DNA of 64,000 nt, taken from assembly GCA_008690995.1 (NCBI GenBank), contig VRMN01000011.1, forward strand, positions 248,001 through 312,000. Direction: 5' to 3'. Every line of letters begins with the position of its first letter. Position 1 is the first letter of the stretch. The notes beneath the pieces were generated by a model. It had not been told where the DNA came from and searched no databases. It saw only the letters and a program-made list of their open reading frames with translations. The position numbers and the translations under genes are program-made. This DNA is from Porphyridium purpureum (taxonomy: Eukaryota). This document shows positions 11,116 through 20,924 of this stretch, piece by piece.

Positions 11116-12348
11116 TTAATTCGTCCAGTTTTCCCCCGGCTTCGGCTTAAACCCAGAATACTCTGCCACGACGCCAAACGTCCGGTTCAAGAAGGATACC
11201 TCTTCAAAGCCGGTGTTGCGCATCATATCAGCGAAAACCTTCTGCGATGGAAAGCGTCTGATGCTCTCGACGAGGTACTGATACGAGGCTTCGTCAGAAG
11301 CCACAATTCCGCCGATTTTTGGGATGATATTGAACGAATAAAGATCATACGCTTGAGCAACGACGGGATTATCGACTTTTCCGAATTCGAGCATCATGAA
11401 GCGGCCTCCCGGGCGCAGAACCCGGAACGCTTCCTGCAACGCTTTCTGCACGTCGGTCACGTTTCGCATACCGAAGGAAATGCAATAAATGTCCACCGAA
11501 TCGCTCTCGATTGGCAGCTTTTCGGCGTCGCCTTGGAAGAAGGACACTTCACTGCTCGTGTACCCACGCGTGTTGGCGCGCTCCCGCCCGACTTTCAACA
11601 TTTCATCGTTTATGTCGCACACCATGACTGGTGTGGTGTAGGACGTGGACGACATGTCTCTTAGAACTGCTGCGCGTCTTCGCTCCTCGATAATGCGGAA
11701 CGCAATGTCACCTGTGCCACCCGCGACATCCAGAACAGAGAGACCTTTGCTCTGCGCACACATATTTTTCACGAAAAGATCCTTCCATACGCGGTGAATA
11801 CCACCAGACATAAGATCATTCATCACGTCGTAGGATGGCGCAACGCTGGAGAATACTTGGCCGACAAGAGAGCTCTAAACATGGAGAGATCAGTACGACC
11901 CATTGTAGCCCCGTCAGCGCAGCTCGACGCGACAAATCGTGACGGAAAAGAAGAACAGATACCAATGAAAGGGATCAAGTCAGTCATCGCATTCTGGAAG
12001 ACTTTGACCTGCCGGAATACTGAATACAAGGTAGAAGCGCGGGAATCATTCCAAGAAAACCCTCACTGCCAGTGGCCGCAAGGGAACATAAAAATGAAGA
12101 CAGTAGGATGATCATTTGCTGCTACGTACCTTTAACTCCTTGCGAATAGTGCGAAAGCCGAAATGCGTCTGCGTAGATCCCTTCTCTTTCTCTCCTTCCG
12201 AGTCGGAGTCTTGACTGGATACCGACGCATCTGGAGTGTTCAACGACGCCGAAACTGCCGACTGAGACACATTCCTCGCCGCGCGCGCTCCACTCTGCCA
12301 CAGCCGCGCTGCGCGCGATCGCTCGACGAGCAGGCTGCGGCCCCGCAT
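11116..12348 (-). CDS. COQ5: UbiE/COQ5 C-methyltransferase, two exons (12348-12130, 11874-11116)
   Basis: Spliced THFGFRTIRKELK|SSLVGQVFSSVAPSYDVMNDLMSGGIHRVWK; LDVAGGTGD, SYQYLVESIRRFP; mitochondrial-type N-terminus. Confidence 0.9.
11875..12129 (-). other. Spliceosomal intron in COQ5 (255 bp, phase 0)
   Basis: AAG|GTACGT donor, ACTGAT branch-like motif, TTTAG| acceptor; removal restores the conserved COQ5 reading frame. Confidence 0.85.
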
Positions 12349-12523
12349 TTCTTCGCACGCTGCCACCCGGCCGCACACCGTGGAATCGAGTCGGTGGTCG
12401 GTGGTTGAGCAGCCGTAGCTCTTTCACACTCGAGACGAAATTGCTTTACTGCGTCGAGCTTGGAGTAGTAAGGCAAGCGTGACCAGTTTGACATCAATGC
12501 GTCGAGGACCACCGCACAGCACG

Positions 12524-13375
12524 ATGGTCAGAGGCTCAGGAGGAGGCAAGAAACTCCGCGAAGGCGCGCGGAGAGGCAGAAAAGGTGACGATGCAGCGGC
12601 CACCGCACTTGCACCGGCGGCGACAAAGAAGAAGGGCAAGAAGCGAAGCGTGCTACGCGCGGACGAGAAGAAGCGCGCTCTGATCAGCCGTGAGGTGCAG
12701 AAAAAAGAGGCGGCCGCGCACAAGCCAGGCGACAATGTGGAAGGGTTTGCGTTGCGGGGAAATGTCCCGAGAAATGGAAATGGAAAGCACAGCGAAAAGA
12801 AGGGAACCCCGTCCTTCTCGCTGGGCTCAATGCGGGACGGTCTTTTGCAGGCCGAAGACCGGATGGGGCAAGATCAGTCCCGAATGGAGCGAAAGGATCA
12901 GCTGCGTCCGCCCAAAGGCAATAGTATGCGCTCACGGCGTGCGATTATTGCTTCACAGGCCGAAAAGGTGAAGCTCATTGTTCAGCACTCAGCTTTCCGG
13001 AAGGACCCGTTGGCCGCGCTGCGGGAGCACTTAAAGAATACGATACCGGGAGCCGCCCACACTGCCGATATTCCGCCGACACCCAGAAAGGTTGAAGCGA
13101 CTGCGACTGCGGATACTGTGAAAGCCGCAAAGTCGACTTTAATGCAATCCGTCAGGAGCTCAGGACCCGCAGGGCCTGCGCGTCAAGACGGTGAGTTGAG
13201 CATGGAAGTAGACTCGGAGGCGTTTGCACGCGCCGTACGGACACTTCGCACGGAAAATGCTTTCAAAGGGGAGCGAAAAACGCGCCAGATGCTCCGTCGA
13301 AAGGGGGTTGCCGTTCTGCAACCGTCCATAGCAAAACGCGGTGTCATCGGCATCCCGCGTCCCAAGATCAAGTAG
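12524..13375 (+). CDS. SLX9: Ribosome biogenesis protein Slx9/FAM207A-like
   Basis: Very basic protein with HSAFRKDPLAALREHLKNT motif; start codon uncertain. Confidence 0.6.
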   Translation: MVRGSGGGKKLREGARRGRKGDDAAATALAPAATKKKGKKRSVLRADEKKRALISREVQKKEAAAHKPGDNVEGFALRGNVPRNGNGKHSEKKGTPSFSLGSMRDGLLQAEDRMGQDQSRMERKDQLRPPKGNSMRSRRAIIASQAEKVKLIVQHSAFRKDPLAALREHLKNTIPGAAHTADIPPTPRKVEATATADTVKAAKSTLMQSVRSSGPAGPARQDGELSMEVDSEAFARAVRTLRTENAFKGERKTRQMLRRKGVAVLQPSIAKRGVIGIPRPKIK

Positions 13376-13485
13376 GATGAGTACACAGAGGACGTTTGTG
13401 ACATGGATAAACGTAAAGGCAATCTTTATCAAGTTCAGGCGTGTCATGCATAAATACATCACGATTCCCTTCTTCGACTCGCGAA

Positions 13486-14118
13486 TTAGAACTCGTACTT
13501 TTGGGGGTCATACTCGGCGAAGCGGCCAAGTTTTCTGCGGAGCTCTGTGACGCAGCGCGCCCCACTGCAAGCAAAATGAGCCAATAGACCTGGCTTTCCT
13601 TCGTGCATAACAAGAATTTGAAAAGTCGGCAAGACTTTCACATCAAGCTCGCGACAGAAGGCCTTGTTTTCAGATACATCCATCAAGTAGAAGTCCGCGA
13701 CCTCCGCAAACTCATGAGCCATCTGAGGAAGCTCCGGAATAGCAACTTGGCACGCTTTGCAGTCCGGTGCATGAAACATCACGACTGCGATCCTTTCAGT
13801 CGACTCAGCCACGCGCTGTTGAAATTCGAGCGGAGTCCCAATGTGGCGCACGGGACCGGAGCCATGTGGTAGGACTGGCGCGTTCTTCTGCACCAATTGG
13901 GTACCTTTGCCGAGCACCGTGACGAAAAGAGACCACGGAGAAACAATGCTCTCCCTCGCCGACATCGACAAGTGCACTGCAGGTGGCGTCGTCGAGCAGC
14001 GCTGCCTGGTCTGACGCGCGCCAGGACGCAATGTGCTCGGTGATGTCGTGGCCTGGCGATCAAGCCTTCGAGAGGAGCGCGCACATTTTGCGTGACCCAA
14101 GCCAAGTGCGAATGCCAT
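13486..14118 (-). CDS. Thioredoxin-like protein, probably plastid-targeted, with atypical active site
   Basis: VVMFHAPDCKAC (CxxC without the preceding Trp) and VLPTF cis-Pro motif; MAF-type transit peptide. Confidence 0.75.
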   Translation of the reverse strand: MAFALGLGHAKCARSSRRLDRQATTSPSTLRPGARQTRQRCSTTPPAVHLSMSARESIVSPWSLFVTVLGKGTQLVQKNAPVLPHGSGPVRHIGTPLEFQQRVAESTERIAVVMFHAPDCKACQVAIPELPQMAHEFAEVADFYLMDVSENKAFCRELDVKVLPTFQILVMHEGKPGLLAHFACSGARCVTELRRKLGRFAEYDPQKYEF

Positions 14119-14707
14119 GCTCCCGGCTGCAACACACGTGCGTCATGCGCGTGGATGATGTACGCGTAAATCTACGGCACGATCCCGCGCAACGTTCCGC
14201 GCGGATGTTCGATGGCGTCGGCCGCCTTGTGTATGCTTAGAATCGGCGCAAGCCAGGCTGCTTATGTAGCCACAGAGCCACCCACGCCGTCACGCGGGAA
14301 GAGCGAGCCGCCTCGAGCCGGAGCGCAGCCGAGAAACTCGCGAGGCTGTCGGGCAAGCGCGCTCCACCTGTGGCGGGCGCGGAAATCCACGCGACGGGCA
14401 GAGGGTACGCAGCGCGAAAGGAGAAACGCGTGGAAATGAGGCGCCGGTGCCAGGAGCGAAAATGTACAGCTGGAGTACAGTGATAGTGGTACAGTGTCGG
14501 TTGGGCAGGCGCGTGGCGTGAAGGGCGGGCGCGCGCAGCTGGTGGGCGCGCGGGGCGAGCGATCGCGGCGGTGACGAAAGGGCCCTGGTGCGGCGCGGCA
14601 GGGGCGGGCGGGGTTGGGGAGAGGTTCAAGCGCACGTCGACGAGTGTCTGAGAGCGCGGCTGTGCATTTGCGTTTCGTGCTTCGTGGCGCGGGGAGAGTC
14701 CAGATCC

Positions 14708-15631
14708 ATGGCGGACGAGAAGAGCTCGTTGCTCGCGACGGCGCCCGGAGCGGCGGCATCGGCGACTTCGGCGGCAGCTGATGAGGAGTCCGCACCGCGG
14801 AGGGGCGGCTTGCAGGCGTGGGTATTTGATCTCGTCGAGGGCGACATCGACTCTTGGTTTGAGTACTCGATTCTCGCGCTGATTGCAGTCAACGTGCTCA
14901 TGTTTATCTGCGGAACGATCGTCGTAGGCGGATTTTCTCCAGACGGCGAGCCGCCGCTTTCGGCGGAGGCAGCATTCACGCTGGACGAAAAGTACGACAC
15001 TTTCTTTGAGGCTTTTGAGCTCTTCTCGGTGTGTGTCTTTACGATCGAGTATGTTTTGCGGCTCTGGAGCTGCACGGCTGATCCAAAGTATGGCTCCAAA
15101 GGCCCATTCCGAGGGCGCTTTGCGTACATGACATCATTCTTCTGCATCGTGGATCTGCTTGCTATCGCTCCATACTGGCTGAATGTCCTGGGTGTCGTCG
15201 GAGAGGTGGATTTCTCCACGGCCTTTCGAATTTTCCGTCTGATCCGGCTTCTGAAAGCTGAGAAGTACGTCAATGCATTCTCCCTCTTGGATGACGTGTT
15301 GGCGGAGAATTCGACTTTGCTGATTGCAACGCTATACTATGCAGTGCTCATGCTTGTCGTGTGCTCGACTGCCTTGTATCTGACCGAGCGTTTCAACCCA
15401 GACAATGCAAAGTATTTCCAGAGCATTCCCGACGCGATGTTCCCGACAACACTGATGTTGACGGGCGAGTACCCGCTCGTAGACTTCACCGTGGCAGGTC
15501 GATGGATTGCGGCGTTTATTGCCGTCATCGCCGTCGCCTTTTTCGCTGTTCCCACAGGTGTGCTGGGATCCGGCTTTGTGAAGGCTGTCGAGCGTGCGAA
15601 GGGCCTGGAATTCTCGGTGGACACAGATTGA
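14708..15631 (+). CDS. 6TM voltage-gated ion channel-like protein (Ion_trans family)
   Basis: FTIEYVLR, IVDLLAIAP, S4 FRIFRLIRLLK, FQSIPDAM pore helix, AVPTGVLGSGF S6; filter is TGEYP, not TVGYG. Confidence 0.8.
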   Translation: MADEKSSLLATAPGAAASATSAAADEESAPRRGGLQAWVFDLVEGDIDSWFEYSILALIAVNVLMFICGTIVVGGFSPDGEPPLSAEAAFTLDEKYDTFFEAFELFSVCVFTIEYVLRLWSCTADPKYGSKGPFRGRFAYMTSFFCIVDLLAIAPYWLNVLGVVGEVDFSTAFRIFRLIRLLKAEKYVNAFSLLDDVLAENSTLLIATLYYAVLMLVVCSTALYLTERFNPDNAKYFQSIPDAMFPTTLMLTGEYPLVDFTVAGRWIAAFIAVIAVAFFAVPTGVLGSGFVKAVERAKGLEFSVDTD

Positions 15632-16101
15632 GACTCGTGCCTTGAATGTGGATGTCTCATAACAACGTGCATAATCCCGAAGGGCGGCGGTTTGCGGAAG
15701 ACGTGTTGTTGTTGTTCTTCTTTTCTTTTTCGATCCTCTAGTGTGCTATCCTTGCCGATCCTGTCGGCCCTTGCGCACTCATTTCTCACGCGGGCCCGTG
15801 CCTGCCGGAAGCATTAAAACATCAGGTGCATGCGGCCAAGAGCCGTGCGCCTGTTCACGCGGCCCAGCCATGTGCGCCGCCAGAACTGCCCGCTGCACCC
15901 ACAAGCTGAACTGTACCGAAGAGGTTCACTAGTGGCACCGTTCGCCTCGCAAGGCCCAGTTGGAACCCCCCCGTGTTTGGTGAAAGTGGCGGGCGTCTAG
16001 GGCATCCCGGCGGGCAAAGGGGTTTCAGTTCGGCGCCTACAGCGGGTCGCAGGCAAGTTTGTACGTGCGGGAATCTTGAGGGAAGCGATCGCACACTCCG
16101 C

Positions 16102-16983
16102 ATGGCCTTGCTTGGTTTCGTGGGCGCCGGTGCGCTCCACGCCGCGCCAGCGCAGCGCCAGCCGCAGCGAACTGACCGGTTTCGGCAAAATCGTGGAGCG
16201 GCGCCTGTTCACTGTGCGCGGCTGCGCCTCGTTACCTACGCAGAACGACCGGAAGTGGGTGCGTCCCGCGACAGCGAATCCGTCGTGGGCGCAGATGGAG
16301 CAGACATCGCTCGACACGCGGCGGCAGAAGACAGACGCCCCGGACAGCGTCGGTCCATGTCGTGGGCGCGCGACCTTCGTGTCCAGATATTCTCCATGCT
16401 CGTCGCCGTCGGTACGGTTCTTCTTCCTGGAAGTGTCATGCTTCCCGCCAGGCGTGTGAGCGCGGCGTCAGCGGCCTCGCAAATCTTTGTCGTCGCGAAA
16501 AAGGACAAGGGCTCGTCCAAGAAATCGACTCCCTCGTCCCCGGCGGCTGCATCAGAGAAAGACGGAAAGCGCACGTTGGATCCCAAAACGGAAAACATGC
16601 TTGGGTACGGAGCGGCGGGTATAGCCTTCTCGGCGTTTGCGCTGCGAATGTTTCAGGTGAACCAAAACGAGAAGCGTCTCGAGAATGAGCGGATCGAAGC
16701 TGAAATCGAGCGATTAGAGAAACTCAAGCAGGAATTTCTGGATGTCGACGAGGAGTCCGATGAGGAGGAGACTGCAAATGAAATGATGGAGTCTCTGCGA
16801 AAACGGCTAGGCCAAGTTGGAGGTTCGGAGGGACATTCTGGAGCGGGAGGCTCCGAAGAATCAGAGAGCGAGTCGGAAGCTGAGAAGGACGAGCGTGACA
16901 TGCTGAAGCGAATGTGGGATGCGAGCGGTGCAGACTCTGGTGGAGCTTCAGATGATAAGAAGAAGCCGAAGAACCCCAAGTAG
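16102..16983 (+). CDS. Hypothetical plastid/thylakoid membrane protein with an acidic coiled-coil C-terminus
   Basis: Transit-peptide-like N-terminus, two hydrophobic segments, charged tail. Confidence 0.6.
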   Translation: MALLGFVGAGALHAAPAQRQPQRTDRFRQNRGAAPVHCARLRLVTYAERPEVGASRDSESVVGADGADIARHAAAEDRRPGQRRSMSWARDLRVQIFSMLVAVGTVLLPGSVMLPARRVSAASAASQIFVVAKKDKGSSKKSTPSSPAAASEKDGKRTLDPKTENMLGYGAAGIAFSAFALRMFQVNQNEKRLENERIEAEIERLEKLKQEFLDVDEESDEEETANEMMESLRKRLGQVGGSEGHSGAGGSEESESESEAEKDERDMLKRMWDASGADSGGASDDKKKPKNPK

Positions 16984-17073
16984 GACATGACCGTGAGACC
17001 GAATTAAAAAGTGAACGCAGGAACTTGAAATGATGAAGGCAGCAGCTCGCGCGCGATCAGGAAAAGAAAAATT

Positions 17074-18213
17074 TCACTTTTTGGCCTTTCCTTTGCCACC
17101 CCTGGCGCTAAAATTGACTTTCTTAGGAGCGGCCTTCTTGATCGTCTTGCTCGGCTGAGGCTTGAAGAAAGAATCTAGGCGCATCTGCCCGGCCTTACCT
17201 TTCGACGCACGGATTTTCTCCACACCATTTCGAACATTCTTCTCGCTGAATTGGTTTTCCACGCACATAAACTGTACGAGCTCGTCTTCTTGTGGCGGTT
17301 TCCACTCCAAATCGATCTCGTCGGACGGGGTAACCTCGGGTGAGATAAACAGCCCGCGAACCGCATCAATAGGAAATTCTTCAGGAATCTGATACTTCTT
17401 GTCTTTCTCCAACAAAGCGACAATGCTTTCAAGCGTCTTGTGTTCCTGCACTAGCTTCAGCGCTTTGTTCGGACCAATGCCCTTGATGGAGTTTACGTAG
17501 TCACACCCACACAAGATGCACAGGTCGCGGAATTGATCCATTGTAAGATGTAACTCATCCAACGCGGCGTCAAGCGAGATCTCCACCGGTCGAATCTTAT
17601 TTTTCTCGGCTGTGGTCGAGGCACCGGCCCACAATTGGCGGATTAAGCGCGGCGTGCCGAACGTAAGTGCGTCCATATCTTCCGACGCGGTGGCATACAC
17701 TTTGCCCGATTTTGTGAGCTCTACGCACTGTGCTTCGGCCTCGCACGGTGCTTCTACCACCGGTACACCCATGAGTCGAAGCAGCGTCTTGCACTGCTCT
17801 AGCATCGATTTGGAGACAGTATTGACGCGCCTATTGTACTTTTCATAATTGTCCTGGTCCCCTTCTTCTTCGGCCTTTTTCGCGAGATCTGCGGCGGCCT
17901 GCTTCGCCTGAGTGCGCTTCTGTAGCTCCCCGCTCTTCATGGCAGGGGGCTTCCCATCGAAGACATACACCGGCTTGATACCCATTTCGATCAGACGAAT
18001 GGTGCGATAGAACAGCCCGATGAGATGAGAGGTTACCTCCCCATCCTTATTTGTCATGCTGTCGCCAGCGCTGCGCACGGTCACGAGAAACTGATAGATG
18101 CTCATGGATGCGTCAATTGCAATCTTTCTACCGAAGAACGTCTTCAATTCATGCTCTGTCATACATCCAGGCGCTTGGTCGCCCAGAAGCTTGGAGAGCC
18201 CCTTGATCCCCAT
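17074..18213 (-). CDS. FEN1: Flap endonuclease 1
   Basis: MGIKGL, IAIDASMSIYQFL, EAPCEAEAQC, SEDMDALTFG, GCDY..GIGP, PIP box QMRLDSFF. Confidence 0.97.
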   Translation of the reverse strand: MGIKGLSKLLGDQAPGCMTEHELKTFFGRKIAIDASMSIYQFLVTVRSAGDSMTNKDGEVTSHLIGLFYRTIRLIEMGIKPVYVFDGKPPAMKSGELQKRTQAKQAAADLAKKAEEEGDQDNYEKYNRRVNTVSKSMLEQCKTLLRLMGVPVVEAPCEAEAQCVELTKSGKVYATASEDMDALTFGTPRLIRQLWAGASTTAEKNKIRPVEISLDAALDELHLTMDQFRDLCILCGCDYVNSIKGIGPNKALKLVQEHKTLESIVALLEKDKKYQIPEEFPIDAVRGLFISPEVTPSDEIDLEWKPPQEDELVQFMCVENQFSEKNVRNGVEKIRASKGKAGQMRLDSFFKPQPSKTIKKAAPKKVNFSARGGKGKAKK

Positions 18214-18716
18214 GCCACTGGAGCTCGGCCCTGCCCCGCTCCGCTCAGTTCCAGCCCTTTTGAGAGAGCGAGGCCGACGGCAGCGGGAGACGATGTCGGC
18301 AAGTCCAGCGGCCTACCTCGCCGTGCAGCAGCTGCGCGGCGGCGTCTCCGCGTGCCGGTGACCGACCGTCTCCGCGACGCCCGAGCAGCCGCGCCCAGAC
18401 TTCCTGGCGCGAAAAATCGGACTGTCCAGCGCCCCGGAGCGCGGGATGCCAAAGCAATGCGTCACTTCCCGGGCTGTACCTTCGGGTTGTACACCCCCAC
18501 GCCGTCGCCGTACGCGGGCTTGAGCGTCGCATTGCATTCGACCTTATTTTGACGGCTTGTTTTCGTCCGGGAGACGCGAAGGTGGGGAGAGGGACTGCGG
18601 GTGGGACGTCTGAACTGCAGCGGAGAGCAGGCGCCTGGATCGAGAGGAGGAAATCGATTTGCCACAGCTCCGGCAGCGCCACGCAGCCTGATTTGTTTCA
18701 CGACTTGATACCCAGC

Positions 18717-19103
18717 ATGTCGGACGCTCTCGTTTGGCAGCTCGTTCGCAAGAACAATTGCTTCATGAAGAAGCGCGGGAAGTTTACGTTCAGCGCGGAG
18801 CGTGCGAACGCAGCCAAGCAGCATACCTTTCAGGCTAGCGGACTCGCCAACCAGAAGGCCGTCGGCGTGGAGCTCGACGCGAACAAGAATGTTGTGATGA
18901 TCGTGAAGAGTAAGAAGGAGTCGAATGCGCGAAAGCCGAAAAGCATGTTCATGACCATCGGCATGAAGAAGGGCTCGAGGTCTGCCATTGCAACGGCTGA
19001 TAAGTATCTCGGAAAATACCGACCGGACCTGAAGCCTGCGGTCTTGTCCCGTATTTCTGCGTTCTACAGGGGTAAGAACAAGGCAGTGAAGAGCAGCAAG
19101 TAA
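18717..19103 (+). CDS. RPL28: 60S ribosomal protein eL28
   Basis: MSDALVWQLVRKNNCFMKK...FSAE...SGLAN.KAVGV...YRPDL. Confidence 0.92.
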   Translation: MSDALVWQLVRKNNCFMKKRGKFTFSAERANAAKQHTFQASGLANQKAVGVELDANKNVVMIVKSKKESNARKPKSMFMTIGMKKGSRSAIATADKYLGKYRPDLKPAVLSRISAFYRGKNKAVKSSK

Positions 19104-19575
19104 AGAATCGCCGCGCGCGAGTCGTTCCTTATGCATTCGTGTTCCTTTCCTTCGTTTGCATTTAAATGAGATTGCAGAAACTGTCCACAACCTTGAGTGT
19201 GAGAGATGGATATTCTCCCAGTGCCTTGTACGGACAGCCGTCCGAACGAACGCGGGCGAAAAGTGCCTGAGAACAAGCGAGTTCCGACGCGCCTTTGTGT
19301 AGCAAGCAGTATTTCGCACTTCTGCATCTGGCGGCCGGGCTGAGTCGCATCCATCAACGATCCAGAGGCCGTCGCGCTTCGGTACGTCGTTGTCACGGAA
19401 GCCCGCTGGCACCAGCCAACTGCCGCTCCCCGTGCTTTAACAAGCGCAGCGACCCTTGAAATAACCACCCCATTTGAAACCCTAAACATAACCCCTGTTA
19501 TCTGGTGGAAAGAGATTGTTCGCTGGTAATCTCCGTTCGCGGCATGTGGGCCAGCGTGATTGAGGTCCTCACATC

Positions 19576-20721
19576 ATGCATCGCATCACCTACGTGCCGG
19601 TCTCACATTGCGCGCCCGCTGCGCGGGCGCTGCCTACACAGTCGGAGCGATGCTGTGACTTTTCTTCCAAGCGCGTGTCTGGGACTGCAGCGCGCACGCG
19701 CATTGTCCTGCGCCGCACGGCGTCCAGCGCGGCCAGCGGCGACCTGAGTCCCGAGCAGCGAGAACAGACAGTAGCATCTTCAGAAAGCACGCCGGTACCG
19801 AGCGAGCCGGAAATTCAGCGCAAGCGTGACAAACTAGCCAGCATCTACAAATTTACGCGTCCGCATACGATTCGAGGAACAATTTTAGGCGCCTTTGCTG
19901 GCTGTGTTCGCGCGCTTATGGACTCAAAGGCTCCCATTCGCATGGAGCTCGTCCCTCGCGCACTTTTGGGGGTAGTCGCGCTACTCACTGCAAATGCTTT
20001 CATTGTGGGTATCAATCAAATCTACGATGTGTCGATTGATCGGGTGAACAAGCCCTTCCTGCCCATGGCCGCGGGCAAAATGTCCGCGCGTACGGCATGG
20101 GTGTTCATCATATCATGTCTAGTGCTCGGTCTGGTCATTGTGCGTAGTACCTTCTCACCGCTGATTTTCGGATTGTATGTATTTGGACTGGTGGTCGGCT
20201 TTCTCTATTCGGTGCCGCCGTTTCGCTTGAAGCGCTATCCTGTGGCCGCTGCGCTCTCCATTTCGTGCGCAAGGGGTTTCCTGCTGAACTTTGGAGTGTA
20301 TCATGCCACGCGTGCGGCACTAAATGTCCCGTTTGTGTGGTCTCCTCAGATCACTTTCCTGGCGTGCTTTATGATCGTGTTCTCGCTTGTGATCGCACTT
20401 GCGAAGGACATTCCGGACATTGCGGGTGACAAGATGTACAAAGTGAACACATTCGCGACCAGGCTAGGAGCGGAAAAGATGTCCAACTTGGTGACTGCCG
20501 TTCTGTTAGGCAACTATGTGTTTGCTCTCGTATTTGCGTTCCTCGCCCGCGCCGGCTCCATTCGTAAGCCCGTCATGGCGCTTGGTCACCTTGCCCTTGC
20601 GATCTGGCTCGGCAACATCCGACAAGAGCTAGACGCCTCAGACAGTGAGAGTATCAAGCGCTTTTATAAGAACATCTGGAACTTGTTCTACTCAGAGTAC
20701 GCCCTGTTCTTGTTGATTTGA
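19576..20721 (+). CDS. HST: Homogentisate solanesyltransferase (UbiA prenyltransferase, plastoquinone synthesis)
   Basis: FTRPHTIRGT, GINQIYDVSIDRVNKP, KDIPDIAGD, FYKNIWNLFYSEY. Confidence 0.88.
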   Translation: MHRITYVPVSHCAPAARALPTQSERCCDFSSKRVSGTAARTRIVLRRTASSAASGDLSPEQREQTVASSESTPVPSEPEIQRKRDKLASIYKFTRPHTIRGTILGAFAGCVRALMDSKAPIRMELVPRALLGVVALLTANAFIVGINQIYDVSIDRVNKPFLPMAAGKMSARTAWVFIISCLVLGLVIVRSTFSPLIFGLYVFGLVVGFLYSVPPFRLKRYPVAAALSISCARGFLLNFGVYHATRAALNVPFVWSPQITFLACFMIVFSLVIALAKDIPDIAGDKMYKVNTFATRLGAEKMSNLVTAVLLGNYVFALVFAFLARAGSIRKPVMALGHLALAIWLGNIRQELDASDSESIKRFYKNIWNLFYSEYALFLLI

Positions 20722-20924
20722 CCGATGTGTCCCAAGCTGAATAGGCAATGTGGGTCGAACTGCTTGCCATGCTTTGGGCACTGTATGGGAGTATCAATTA
20801 AATTGGATTCACTCGCGCGCAATGCAGAAATAGGGATCTCCAATTCCGTTCCGTTCGGTGCCATGATACCGACTCGTCAATGCATTTCGTTTGGAATTCA
20901 GAGCCAAGGCGCAAAGGTGGGCTT

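Noticed and set aside
19477..19486. AAACCCTAAA telo-box upstream of HST
   Set aside because: A single short motif that could occur by chance
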